Source of the DNA: Girardia tigrina | Taxonomy: Eukaryota | Direction: 5' to 3' | NCBI GenBank assembly: GCA_001938485.1 | Contig: MQRK01230303.1 | Coordinates: 4,839 to 55,957, forward strand | Length of the DNA stretch: 51,119 nt | Part shown: piece by piece, positions 13,379-25,488 of the stretch | Position numbering within the stretch: the stretch's first letter is position 1 | How the letters are laid out: each line of letters begins with the position of its first letter | Notes under the pieces: generated by a model | What the model was told of the DNA's origin: nothing | The model's input: only the letters and a program-made list of their open reading frames with translations | Database searches by the model: none | Made by a program: the position numbers and the translations under genes

Positions 13379-14035
13379 TATATATGTATCCATTGAATTT
13401 ATAAACCTATTTTTGAAGGCTTTTACTCCATCAATTTTCTTCGAATTTGGCACACTTACTCATTCTCGATGAAAATAAATAATTATGTGAAAAAATGATC
13501 AAAAAACTTTTTAAGGTCTCAGAATTGTGATAAAAACGGTCCATCGAAGTTCCTGAACATTGTTAATTAAAAAAGATCTACTTATAAATTCTAAGTAGTT
13601 TATATTAATTTTTTATTGTTTTTTTAAAATTATTTGTTTAATTAAATCTTTGTTGGCAAAGTAAATATCTATCTGCATAAAGGAATAGATATAAAAAATT
13701 TAATTTTTTGATTTACTAGTTAGTTCAAATTTTCACATGATCATTTATTGTCATCAAAAATGAGTAAGTGAGCAGTATGAATAAAATTGATTGAGTAAAA
13801 AGCCTTCAAAAACAGGTTTCTAAATTCCATGGAAAATAATTTATTTTTTTCTTTTCAATTAGTAATATATCGGCAAATAAATTTCTCATCTGGTCACTCT
13901 ATTCGTCCTCGTCATTCGAAAATATTCATTACTCATTTTTTTTGTTTTCCCTCAAATTCTATCACCACGATAAATAATTACAATAAATAATGTTGAGCAT
14001 TTTGTTTTAATACTCCAATAATAATAATTATCGAT

Positions 14036-15760
14036 TTACATTTCTTTAATGTGGTAATAAATTACGATTCTATCTTCTCTGTTTCTCGTTATTTTGCGTC
14101 GGTCCAAGAAATTATCGTCTGTTTTCACTCGATTGGTTTTGTTTCTGTCATAATATAATTCCAAAGAGTCTTTCGGTACGTCAAATCGATTCGATAGAAA
14201 TTTGTTGATACTCGATATTCGATTGTTGTCAGAACAGACTTCGAATGATCGACATTTGCTATTGATTGGGACGAGCGATAAGGATAACTCGATTTTACTG
14301 GAGATAAGTGAGTCGATAATTATAAGTAAATCGATAATCAAATTTTACTCTGAAATAATTTTGTAATAAATATCGATTTTGTAATGATCAACGCAAAAAT
14401 TTTCAGAATTATTTAATAATTCATAAATATTTGAATCGTTTATTTTATATTGAGATATCGATTGAGGTTGAGAGAATAATTCGATTGAGGAAGGAGGCAC
14501 TTTTGTTAGATTGGAGATTTCAGAGATGATATGTGATAAATTGCTGGACACTGAATTTATTTTGTATGATTCACGATTGATATTGACTGGGACAAAGTTT
14601 ATTGATAGAGGAGCACCACCGCCTCTTCTATTACAAATTGATTAATTAATTAATGCGAATAATATTAAAATTATCTAACAATGGTATATCCGCACTGATT
14701 GTGTTTCCATCTTCTATTCCATAATACTCGAGTGTTCTGTGATCATCTAATCGTGTGGAATCAAATTTAAATTTCAGGTCGTTAAACTTATCTCTGTCAA
14801 ATTCTCCTCTTAAATCACATATACGATATTTCAAATTGCGAATTATCTCATTCGATCTCGTATGTATCATGTATCTATATTTTCCATTAACTTCATGTAT
14901 TGTCACTGTAATCGGTCTGATAAATAAAATGATCATAATTAAACCATTCTCGATCGCTCTCACCTTCCGCCATATTGTTCCATACAAATCTCATATGTCC
15001 GTCTAAATAATTCTCTCGCTGATTATTTGTATAAAATATCAATATAAATCGATCACTCACATTCATTTTTAGAAAAATTTCTAAACGATTTTTCTGAATT
15101 TGATGCGCAGTTCCTATTGCAAATTGATCAATTAATTCAGTCGAATAATATTAAAATTATCTAAAAATGGTTCATACGCATTGATTGTGTCTCCATCCTC
15201 TATTCCATACGACTCGAGTGTTCGGTCACCATCTAATATTTCGCCTGCAAATGAAAATTCCATTGATTGAATCGTGCTTGAGTTTGTTCCCATTCGATCA
15301 CATAATCGATACTTCAATTGGCGAATTGTCTCATTCGATCTCGCTTGTATCGTGTAGTTACGACCGTTTGTGATCACATCTTGTATAATCACACTAATCG
15401 GACTACAATACATCAAATGATCGATAAATCACTCTCAATCGACACAACTCGCTCTCACCTTCCACGCCGCAAATGCTCTCTATTGAATCTAAACGGAATC
15501 AATTATTAATCGACTCATTCCCTTCCTCAAACTCACTCTCGGTATTCCTCATTCCAGTCAAACAAAACATAATCGTCTTGTCCAATCTCGTATTTCCCAA
15601 TCCATTCGTGAGGAAAACAAATTCTATTTTCGAATATCAACAGAATATCCTCACACGGTTTGTCTACTTCATCCGCCAGCCTCTTCATGACATCCGATAC
15701 GCTGGCACCCGCTTTTATATTTAATGTATAATTGCGATTATCGTAACTTTTGAATCTCAT
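14036..15760 (-). CDS. Multi-ubiquitin/SUMO-like domain protein (~454 aa, 8 exons; 3 clear and 2 probable beta-grasp repeats)
   Basis: Exons 15760-15537, 15488-15459, 15402-15178, 15113-15061, 15018-14964, 14916-14680, 14627-14349 and 14297-14036 total 1365 nt in one open frame, with GT-AG introns of 42-64 nt. UBL signatures FAGEILDGDRTLESYGIEDGDTI and FDSTRLDDHRTLEYYGIEDGNTI. Linkers HLRRG|SP, EQYGG|RP, PLRGG|GAP. Confidence 0.82.
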
Positions 15761-16408
15761 TTCGATGAAAAATTAAACGATTTTATAACACTTTCCTCTC
15801 TGAATACTCCGCTATCTTCCGCAATCACTTACTAATTCCGCGTTTATTCAGTCAAACAAATTGTATTTTCATAACGAATGATTACGGATAACTTTACAAC
15901 TGAAATCGTCATCGACAGTGAACCTCGATTAATAACAATTTTTTTAAATTTCTTTTTGTATTTTTCGAATAAACTAGCAAATCAAAAAATTAAAATTTTT
16001 CTATTCATTTTTTATGCAGACAGAACTCTCTACTTTGTCGACAGTTTTAATTAAAAAAAATAATTAAAAAAACAATAAATAATTAATATGAACTACTTAG
16101 AATTTATAATTAGATATCTTGCAATTGATATTGTACGGGAAATTCGAATTTTCCGGTTTTTTCAATTTCGGGATCTTAAAAATTTTGTTTCGATCAAATG
16201 TTCACTTTGTTAAGACACTGGGTAAAGGAGAATTTGCTTTCCTTCACTCGACTATGTGCTTAACAAGGAAGATCAACAATCTTCAATTATTTTTTTTAAA
16301 CCTTTTTTCTAAGTTCCTTTAAACAAAAGAATTAATGTTGATACTCACTGAATTTTAATTTTAATTTAAAACCTTTTATCAAAATCAACAATTAAATGAT
16401 TATATCTT

Positions 16409-16862
16409 ATGGGCGATGGTGTATAGTTTACACCAATATTTATAGGGACAGGATGCAGGTAACGAGACGAGGTAATGAACAATGATCGTCGTATGTTTGA
16501 TGATTTCCGACGTCGTCCTGTTTACAGGAAGGCTAAAGAGGACTATAGCGATGTCGATCGTTGCATTCGCAACATCCTGCTTAGCGGTGGCAGCATCTTT
16601 GTCGGCGCGTGGACCAACAATATTTATCGTTTCGACGAACTTGGCAAGGTAAACTATTAGTATGCGTTTGCTAATTGTTTATACTTATTCAGGGTCTACT
16701 ACAATGATGTCGAGACAGCGATTTCGCTTTGGATTAGGTGACTTTAATTCTATTAATTAAGAATTTTTTAACTTTTCAGGTTATTCAAGCAAGCCAAACG
16801 GACCGAAATCTCGCCCCGACTCGGCATTCCGACAAGCTGGGAGCCAATTAAAACCACTTGAG
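16409..16862 (+). CDS. Small spliced gene or pseudogene of unknown function, divergent from the UBL gene
   Basis: GC-richer exon-like blocks are separated by GT..AG introns of ~40-55 nt (near 16473-16527, 16649-16692 and 16738-16779). One frame reads through three exons (RLKRTIAMSIVAFATSCLAVAASLSARG...WEPIKTT*). Start and product are unresolved. Confidence 0.4.
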
Positions 16863-17594
16863 GATAATCGAGTTTGACTATCCTCAAATACGTGGAACAC
16901 GGGCTCTCATGCGTAAGGGGTGTCGGGTTTGGGACAGGATTTATATGAAGCTGCCTCGGGAGATTTGGTACAGGAAAGGGTTTGTATAATTGTGTCTCTG
17001 TCGTAACACTATGTTTCATAATCGAAATCTGTAAGCTTTAAATGATGCAATTAGAAACAGAGAATTGAAATACAAAATAAAAGAAAGGATGGAATGTTGT
17101 TAGTGAAAGATAAAGTATTATTAGTAAAACGTTTGACGAATTAGAATAAATTAAAAATGAGAGTGATAATAAAAAATTATATCGAATAGTATCGAGCATG
17201 GTGAAATCCTCTTTTACAAACTCATATAAAATATTTATAAAGTAACATCGGTCTCGAAATAAAACTGGATTTCAATAAATTATAATTGTGTGAGTCGAAG
17301 GACGACAAGGAACCTTTCGGAGATGACGCAGGCTGACCGTAGCATGTAAGGGGCACGCGGGCAGACCGACGTTTATTTCCTTGGGGTACGCCTCTCTCCA
17401 GCGGTAATCCTCATACGCCCCTCAGGAGCCAAAGGAGCCGAGTCGGTGTTTCATCGGGTTTCACCCCTCCACTGATAGTGGGCGTTGTCAGAAGACATTT
17501 CCACATCCCGCTCGGATAGCAATGCCTTTTAAAGGGGTGGATTGCAGGCCCAGACCCCCGTACTATGTTGGTCAGTACCCTAAAAAGGCAAGCT

Positions 17595-17693
17595 TCGGAC
17601 ACTTTAGCCTAGAGCAAGCTCTAGTTTCCCAGGGACACCACGTGGAGGTATGTCCGACTGGCTTAACACAGGTTACCAAAGTAACAGATCCCC
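17595..17693 (-). ncRNA. HDV-like (double-pseudoknot) self-cleaving ribozyme, copy 1
   Basis: Minus-strand RNA: P1 GGGGAU/GUCCCU with a G1-U wobble, P2 UCGGACAU/GUGUCCGA, P3 ACC/GGU, L3 UCCACGU, P1.1 CC/GG, P4 CUAGAG-CUUG-CUCUAG, and J4/2 GCUAA containing the catalytic C. Predicted cleavage is 5' of G17693. Confidence 0.88.
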
Positions 17694-19346
17694 AAAATTT
17701 TGGGGGGTAATCTTTGTTTATCGTGTTTAAAATCGAAATTTATCGAACGGTCATGATATTAGCATCATCCACTCAGAAACTGAGTTACCAGTCGGGTCAT
17801 CCTCGGTACTGGTAGAGAACACGAAGGCGCACCGACGTACACACAACGTGTTGATGTCACCGAAGGAGACGCGTCTGTTCCCGTAATTAATAAGAAAATA
17901 GAGAGCAATCACCGAGGGAGTATGAAGAGGGGTAAGATAAGTGTGAGTTGCCGTTTTACTCAGGAAAGCGGATGGGGGCTCAGGGCCAACGAAGATGTCT
18001 TGAAACGGAGGGAACACGACAATATATATGTTATTTTCTTCAATTTTGCATAAATATTATTTTGTTTATGTTTTATTAATTTTTTAAAATGTTTAAATTT
18101 AGATCTTTAAAAGTATTTTAATGGACATCATGTAAAAATTCAGTTCCTAAATAATTTTTCTCTAATTTTAAATCATTCCATTTTAAATTATTTTTTTAAT
18201 AAAACTTTCCATTGACAATTAAATTCAATAACATTATGATTTTTATTATAAACTTGATTTTAAAATATTCAATAAATTATTTTTTAATAAAAACTTTCCG
18301 CGTACAATTAAATTCGATAAACATTCTAATTTTATTTTAAATAGTGTTACATAATATTCAAAATCTTCTTTACAATATTCTTTAACTTTGATGATAATAT
18401 TTTAATTGTGAATTTTTAAAACTTAATTTTTATAAAAATTTGTCTCAATTTAATTAAAATATTATCATTACTCTAAACTTTTCAAAAAAAACTTATTTCA
18501 TTTTAATTAGTAACATACTATCTGTGAACTATAATTTTTACAAAAATTATTTCAATTTGATTAGTAGAAATATTACCTATAAAATGTATTTTTTATGCAA
18601 TCTTATTTATTTTAATTAGTAAAAAATATTATCTATAACTTAAATTTTTTATTTAAAAAAATATTTCATTTTAATTAGTCGAACATTATTTTTAATTTAT
18701 CTAAAATATAAATATGATTTTTAATTTAAAAATATCAAAAATTTAAAGTTCACCANNNNNNNNNNNNNNNNNNNNNNNNNNNNNNNNNNNNNNNNNNNNN
18801 NNNNNAGAAAGTTATTGTTTATATAGAAAGATGACCATTGCGTCACAGTGTGTTACGTCAAAATACTCTAATATGATTGGACGAATCACTTTGCACATTT
18901 AGACTAGGTTTACAAAACTTTATCTAGAGTGCTTCAGTAACTGTCCTTTCATAATTGTGATCAAAGTTACTAATCAAAACCCGAAAATAATAACTTTCTA
19001 ATTAAATACAGAACTGAAGATGCCACAAAAGTGGCGAAACATGTTTTCAAACGTCGGTCTTAGTCTTTTCGGAGATGATGCAGGCTGACCGTAGCATGCA
19101 AGGGGCACGCGGGCAGACCGACGTTTATTGCTTTTGAATACGCCTCCCTCCAGAGGTAATCTGCATACCCCCGTCAGGAGCCAAAGGAGCCGAGTCGGTG
19201 TTTCATCGGGTTTCACCCCTCAAATGATAGTGGGCGTTGTCGGAAGACATTTCCACATCCCGCTCGGATAGCAATGCCTTTTAAAGGGGTGGATTGCAGG
19301 CCCAGACCCCCGTACTATGTTGGTCAGTACCCTAAAAAGGCAAGCT

Positions 19347-19445
19347 TCGGACACTTTAGCCTAGAGCAAGCTCTAGTTTCCCAGGGACACCACGTGGAGG
19401 TATGTCCGACTGGCTTAACACAGGTTACCAAAGTAACAGATCCCC
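19347..19445 (-). ncRNA. HDV-like self-cleaving ribozyme, copy 2
   Basis: Same sequence as 17595-17693, offset by 1752 nt. Confidence 0.85.
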
Positions 19446-20628
19446 AAAATTTTGGGGGGTAATCTTTGTTTATCGTGTTTAAAATCGAAATTTATCGAAC
19501 GGTCATGATATTAGCATCATCCACTCAGAAACTGAGTTACCAGTCGGGTCATCCTCGGTACTGGTAGAGAACACGAAGGCGCACCGACGTACACACAACG
19601 TGTTGATGTCACCGAAGGAGACGCGTCTGTTCCCGTAATTAATAAGAAAATAGAGAGCAATCACCGAGGGAGTATGAAGAGGGGTAAGATAAGTGTGAGT
19701 TGCCGTTTTACTCAGGAAAGCGGATGGGGGCTCAGGGCCAACGAAGATGTCTTGAAACGGAGGGAACACGACAATATATATGTTATTTTCTTCAATTTTG
19801 CATAAATATTATTTTGTTTATGTTTTATTAATTTTTTAAAATGTTTAAATTTAGATCTTTAAAAGTATTTTAATGGACATCATGTAAAAATTCAGTTCCT
19901 AAATAATTTTTCTCTAATTTTAAATCATTCCATTTTAAATTATTTTTTTAATAAAACTTTCCATTGACAATTAAATTCAATAACATTATGATTTTTATTA
20001 TAAACTTGATTTTAAAATATTCAATAAATTATTTTTTAATAAAAACTTTCCGCGTACAATTAAATTCGATAAACATTCTAATTTTATTTTAAATAGTGTT
20101 ACATAATATTCAAAATCTTCTTTACAATATTCTTTAACTTTGATGATAATATTTTAATTGTGAATTTTTAAAACTTAATTTTTATAAAAATTTGTCTCAA
20201 TTTAATTAAAATATTATCATTACTCTAAACTTTTCAAAAAAAACTTATTTCATTTTAATTAGTAACATACTATCTGTGAACTATAATTTTTACAAAAATT
20301 ATTTCAATTTGATTAGTAGAAATATTACCTATAAAATGTATTTTTTATGCAATCTTATTTATTTTAATTAGTAAAAAATATTATCTATAACTTAAATTTT
20401 TTATTTAAAAAAATATTTCATTTTAATTAGTCGAACATTATTTTTAATTTATCTAAAATATAAATATGATTTTTAATTTAAAAATATCAAAAATTTAAAG
20501 TTCACCAAAAGGAACTCAAACACCAACAAATCCTCAAAACAAACTAAATTCATTATAACAACAACAACATCAAAACTTTGCCTTTGTAATTCAAAAGCAT
20601 GATTGCCGCCACGTGGAATTTCTTGTTC

Positions 20629-21544
20629 TCATCCTTGACGAATTCGGCGTCCAAAAATCTTAACCGGCTTTGAATATCTTTTGAAGATAAAATACCAATC
20701 TTTCACTAACTTGGAAATCCGAATTAATTTGAAGATGTGAAAGTTGGCAAAACGGATTGGGTACATCGTCCAGCAATAAAAATTCAATGGCAAAAACGGC
20801 AAATGTACTGGGCGACGATACATAAATGTCATTTATTCGTTCGGTCAATTCATCGTCCAAGCTGTTCGCAATATCAATCGCAAAGGATTGTTTCTTTGGG
20901 ACATTGATAGATACTTTTGTATCACTAATAATGAGAGGTGCCGATACTACGAGGATGCACAAAGTTACTAACTGGTAATGGGGGCTGTTAAAATTAGTAG
21001 GAATACTAAGACGATACAGACACATTACGTCCAAAACCCTCCAACGCCGAATAACAGTGGTTTTCACTACTACCATCTTTTTATTCAGATCGTTGTATGA
21101 GGTGATTTTGGTAAAAGTTCGCGGCTGGATACTCTACCGCGTATAACTACTCTAAAATTTTGATTAAACCGAACTGAACATCGCGGTAGAACATATTTCC
21201 GTAGTGCATTGGACGAATAGGCAACCCAAATAGCCTCGTGGAATGTCTGAAATGGGTTCATTAGGTGTCCACCTGGACGGAAGGGGTATCTCGATTGGGC
21301 AAATGGGTTGTTTTTGGAAAGCATGGATGAGCCTATTCTTACAATTCTCCATACGTTCAAGTCGTTCAAGTTGAGGCAATTCTCTATTTATGCGCATATC
21401 CCTAACAACGGTGGGCAAATCCTCGCACTGTCGATCAATGATTCCTTTACGCTCTTTGAATTGTGAAAATGATAAGTTACGATAGCCGGTAGACGGCTGA
21501 TTTTCAAAAAAAGTCTGTTTAATGTCAGAATATTTGTTCTGCAT
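20629..21544 (-). pseudogene. Degenerate intronless ORF of unknown function (probably mobile-element derived)
   Basis: ORFs 21164-21544 and 20660-21076 lie in the same frame and are separated by in-frame stops. No motif was recognised. Confidence 0.3.
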
Positions 21545-23031
21545 TTTGAAGAGGAATTCCTACGCTGTTTGGGATGCTGGTTTCATTTCTAGAAAAAGAT
21601 ATTAAATCATTGTGCACGTTTGCACGAATTAGAAGAAGAAAGAAAAAAATAATGAAATATAAAATTTCAAGGCTCGTAGAGCCAAAAATGATTTTTATAC
21701 CTGTGTTTGTTCTACGTACACTCTTGGCAGGTATTTCCCCAAGGATGTACGATATAAGTTTAAAACCGTCTGTTTTCTTTTATATTTTTTGTATATGTAT
21801 GTTATGTGCCACATTAACCATAAAGTTAGTGAAAATAATCTGACACTGAACAAGACAAAAGGCCATGTAAATAATTGTTGTCTATGTTTAATGTTATTAT
21901 TTGAGCTGTAAGACTTTTCCAAGTTTGAAGAAATGGATTGTATTTTTTGTGGGGACGATTGTGATTGTATTAGTGCTTCATAAATTTTAACTTGTAGTTG
22001 AGTAAATAAAGTATTGTATTATATAAATATGTGCCATAAATAATTGGAAGCAGTAACTGCAATATATTTTGTTGTAATGATGACTTTGATTTTGTTTTTG
22101 ATGACTAATGATTTTGTTGTAATCTTCTGTAATGACCATGTAATATATATTGTGAGTATAGGTTCATTATCGAAAATAAAAATATACGTTTTAGTGTACT
22201 CTTGCTTTTTAAAAGGTATTATATGATATGTGTTACTTGGTTACCAGTGACATATTTCGAGACGAATCTTAAAATATTATCTTCTAATATTATCCTTGGG
22301 TTTGCGCTTACGTCTCGCAAGATAAATGATAAGATTATTACTAAAATTAATAGAATGGGTGGACATTTTGTTGCATATTTGTATTTCTTGTCTGATTCAT
22401 CACACAATTTTTATTTGTTTGTTCATTTAATTGACGCCATTGGTGTGAATTCATAATTTTATTGTTTATTACGCAAGCATATCTGATTCAAGTCCTGATT
22501 TCTGATATATTGATTAGCTGCCCTTTTTCCTTCTATTGATGTAATCTCATTGTTTTCAATTAACTCAAATATTGATTAAACCAAATCTGATCCCTCTTTG
22601 TTACTATAATTGCTGTTTCACCCTTATGGTCTTGTAATGTTAAATCAGAGTACGTAATTAGAGGCACTATAACTGTATGAAAAGGTGCTTTATTGCGTAT
22701 TGCATCCATTAAGGCTGTGACTCCACATATATATTGTGAATTTATTATTACAAGATATTCGCATATATTCTTTATAAGTATTTCTTTGGTTTTATGAAAT
22801 TTATGTCGATTTATGGTGACTTGTAATGGTGTCTGGTTTGTAGAATTTTTTCTAACAAACAAAAATGGGTATTTTGTTTTGGTTTGTTGAAAAAATTGTT
22901 TATCGTGGAAATTTCCTTGAGCAAAATAAAAACCAATATCCTCTCTTAAAAGTGAAATTGTTGCATTCTAAGTAAACTCTCTTAGTTGTATATCTATATC
23001 CTTTTGTATTTTATCTTCTATTAATTTAGAC

Positions 23032-25488
23032 TAGGGTTTCTGGATGCTGTTTAACAGTAACAGTAAAACAGCTGTTTTTTCGTCAAAAAATCAAAAACAG
23101 CAAACAGTTGTTTTTTCATCACTGTTTTTTTACTGTTTTTCAGTAAAACTTAAAGTTTTCCTTTTAAAGTTTTACCTTTGAAACTTCTACCTGTAAAACT
23201 TTTACTGTAAACAATTTTTGGAGATTTTATTAACAAAAACATATGAAAAATGTATAAAAAGCGTTTAACCAAAAAAAAACTTCAGTATCCCGCCATGTGC
23301 GGGACAATTAATTTCTAACGGCCAAATTTTAAAACGTATTTTCACATAATGTGAAACAGAAGCCATTACTAATAGAAAATTAATCATTTAAAACAATTAA
23401 AAACAAATTAAAACCATTGATTTACTTAACGAAAATAATTAAATCAGAAAAAATATTTATTTCAGTAAAAGTTGCAATGTTTTTTTATAATGTGAATCAC
23501 ATTATAAATCGTTAAGTAAATCAACGATTTTAATTTGTTTTTAATTGTTTTAAATGATTAATTTTCTATTAGTAATGACTTCTGTTTTGGAATTTGCCAC
23601 AAAACGACGAAATCCGTACACAAAAGAGCTTGAAGGTCAATGCAATCGATGCAATAGCATAATTAAGTGCTCTGGCAATTCAACGACAACTTTAAAGAGA
23701 CATCTACAGCGGCATGGCATCAAGTTTGATCAGGCTGGGGAACCAAGCACATCCAAGGATGGAATTCAGACCGAAAAGAGACAAAAAACTGTTGCTGACT
23801 TTTTTGAACGAGAATCTCTCAAGGAAATTGTATCAGACATGGCAACGGATGGAGTAACTATTCGAGCAATAACAAGAAATAAGTTCATTAGAAAATCCAT
23901 AACACGCGATGGTCACAAATTGCCTGCGAATGAAACTGATGTCATGAAACTATTGTACGATGATTTTGAAGAAAAACAGAAGAAAATGGTTGATGAGATT
24001 CAAGCGAAGGTTGCGAAAGGTATCAAGTTCAGCATGACCGTCGATGAGGCTACAACTTTACGTGGTCGTCGATATTTNNNNNNNNNNNNNNNNNNNNNNN
24101 NNNNNNNNNNNNNNNNNNNNNNNNNNNNNNNNNNNNNNNNNNNNNNNNNNNNNNNNNNNAGCATGATTGAAATTCTTCGAGATCATCTCAAATCGTTTGG
24201 CATTTCAATGGAAAAAGATTTGGTTGGATCCACACAGGATGGAGCTGCAGTTAATAAAAGATTTATCAGCCTCATTGATGCTATCTGGCAGTTCTGTCTC
24301 AATCACAGTTTACACCTTAGAGTATGTGACACTGTACAAAAAGAAATCTGAAATTGAAGAACCAATCATCATTGATGAAGATCCAAATGAGGAAGATAAT
24401 TTTGATGAACCAACCGATTTTGAATTCATCAATGAAAACCATAATGAGATCGATTATCATGAAATACTCAAAAAGTCTCGCAAGATTGTCAAATTATTCA
24501 AACATTCACCTGTTCGAAATCATGTGCTTCAAACAAAAATCAAACAAATTCACTCTCGAGAAATTGAAATGCATTTGGATGTGAAAACACGCTGGAATTC
24601 AATCCCAACCATGCTTGAACCGTTAATTAAAACCGAAGCATCAATTCGTGAGACTCTTCAGGATTTCAAAGCACTCGATCTGATTGAAAACTTTGATTTT
24701 GNCGCTCTGAAATCATTGCTAGCAGCAATGGAGCCAGTTAAGCTAGCAGTAGAGAATCTTAGCAGAGAGGACTCAACTTTAATGAGCGCGGATACAATTT
24801 TAAATTTTATGTTCACAAAACTATCAAACATTAAAAATGAAATTGCAGAGAAATTACTGGAAAATCTAAAGCAGCGAGTTGGTGAAAGACTCAATCCCGA
24901 CTAAATGAATCTCTTACGCAGCCTGAAAGATCCATCGATTGTGCCTTCGAGAAACACGATTAATTTTGCAGGTAGTCTTGCAAAACGACTATTTGAAGTT
25001 TCTAACGAAGATACTGGCGATCAATTACCTCATGAAGAAATATCTGAAAATTTATCAATGCAGGAGGAACTAAATGCTTTGCTTCAAAAAAGTGAAACTA
25101 CAGTCACGCCAGCTAATGATGCTTTCAAGTGGCTAAAGTCGGAATTTACACTTTTCAAGAACACTGGACAGCGAACTGAAAACCTACAAAAACTCTTAAA
25201 TGTCATTTTGACCATCAAACCCACTTCCACGGACGTAGAACGCGTGTTTTCTGTCACCTCAAGTTTTTGCACAAAAATTCGATCTCGTCTATCAGATAAA
25301 TCACTGCAAGCATTGGTCTTTTTGAAATATTATTATAATAAATCAAATAAATAATTAAAAGGCTTTAATTTCATATTAAAAAGTTTTTTTCCTTACATTT
25401 AATTTAATAAAATTCAAAAAACAGTTTTTAAAAATCAGAAACAGTTAAACAGCTGTTTTTTGAAAACCACTGTTTTTCAGAAACCCTA
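23032..25488 (+). mobile_element. hAT DNA transposon (BED-finger transposase; near-complete, with a frameshift and stop) with TIRs and 8-bp TSD
   Basis: TIR TAGGGTTTCTG / CAGAAACCCTA; TSD ATTTAGAC at 23024-23031 and 25489-25496. BED finger CNRC..HLQRH, TVDE, TQDGA, CLNHSLHL, DVKTRWNS and PTSTDVERVFS. Sub-terminal AACAG repeats. Confidence 0.95.
23354..23587. repeat. ~79-bp-arm inverted repeat overlapping the hAT transposase start
   Basis: AAACAGAAGCCATTACTAATAG...ACTTAACGA (23354-23432) versus TCGTTAAGT...CTATTAGTAATGACTTCTGTTT (23509-23587), with few mismatches. Confidence 0.9.

Larger units (their letters stand above)
17315..20507. repeat. Direct duplication of ~1.44 kb (17315-18755 and 19067-20507) separated by an N gap and ~260 bp unique sequence
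   Basis: Offset 1752 nt. The copies appear identical from ~17495 onward and diverge over the first ~180 bp. Copy 1 ends exactly at the gap. Confidence 0.9.

Noticed and set aside
17411-19769. ORFs 17411-17602, 17522-17710, 17751-18017 and their duplicates as protein genes
   Set aside because: No recognisable motifs. They overlap a structured ribozyme/UTR region and are expected by chance in GC-rich sequence.
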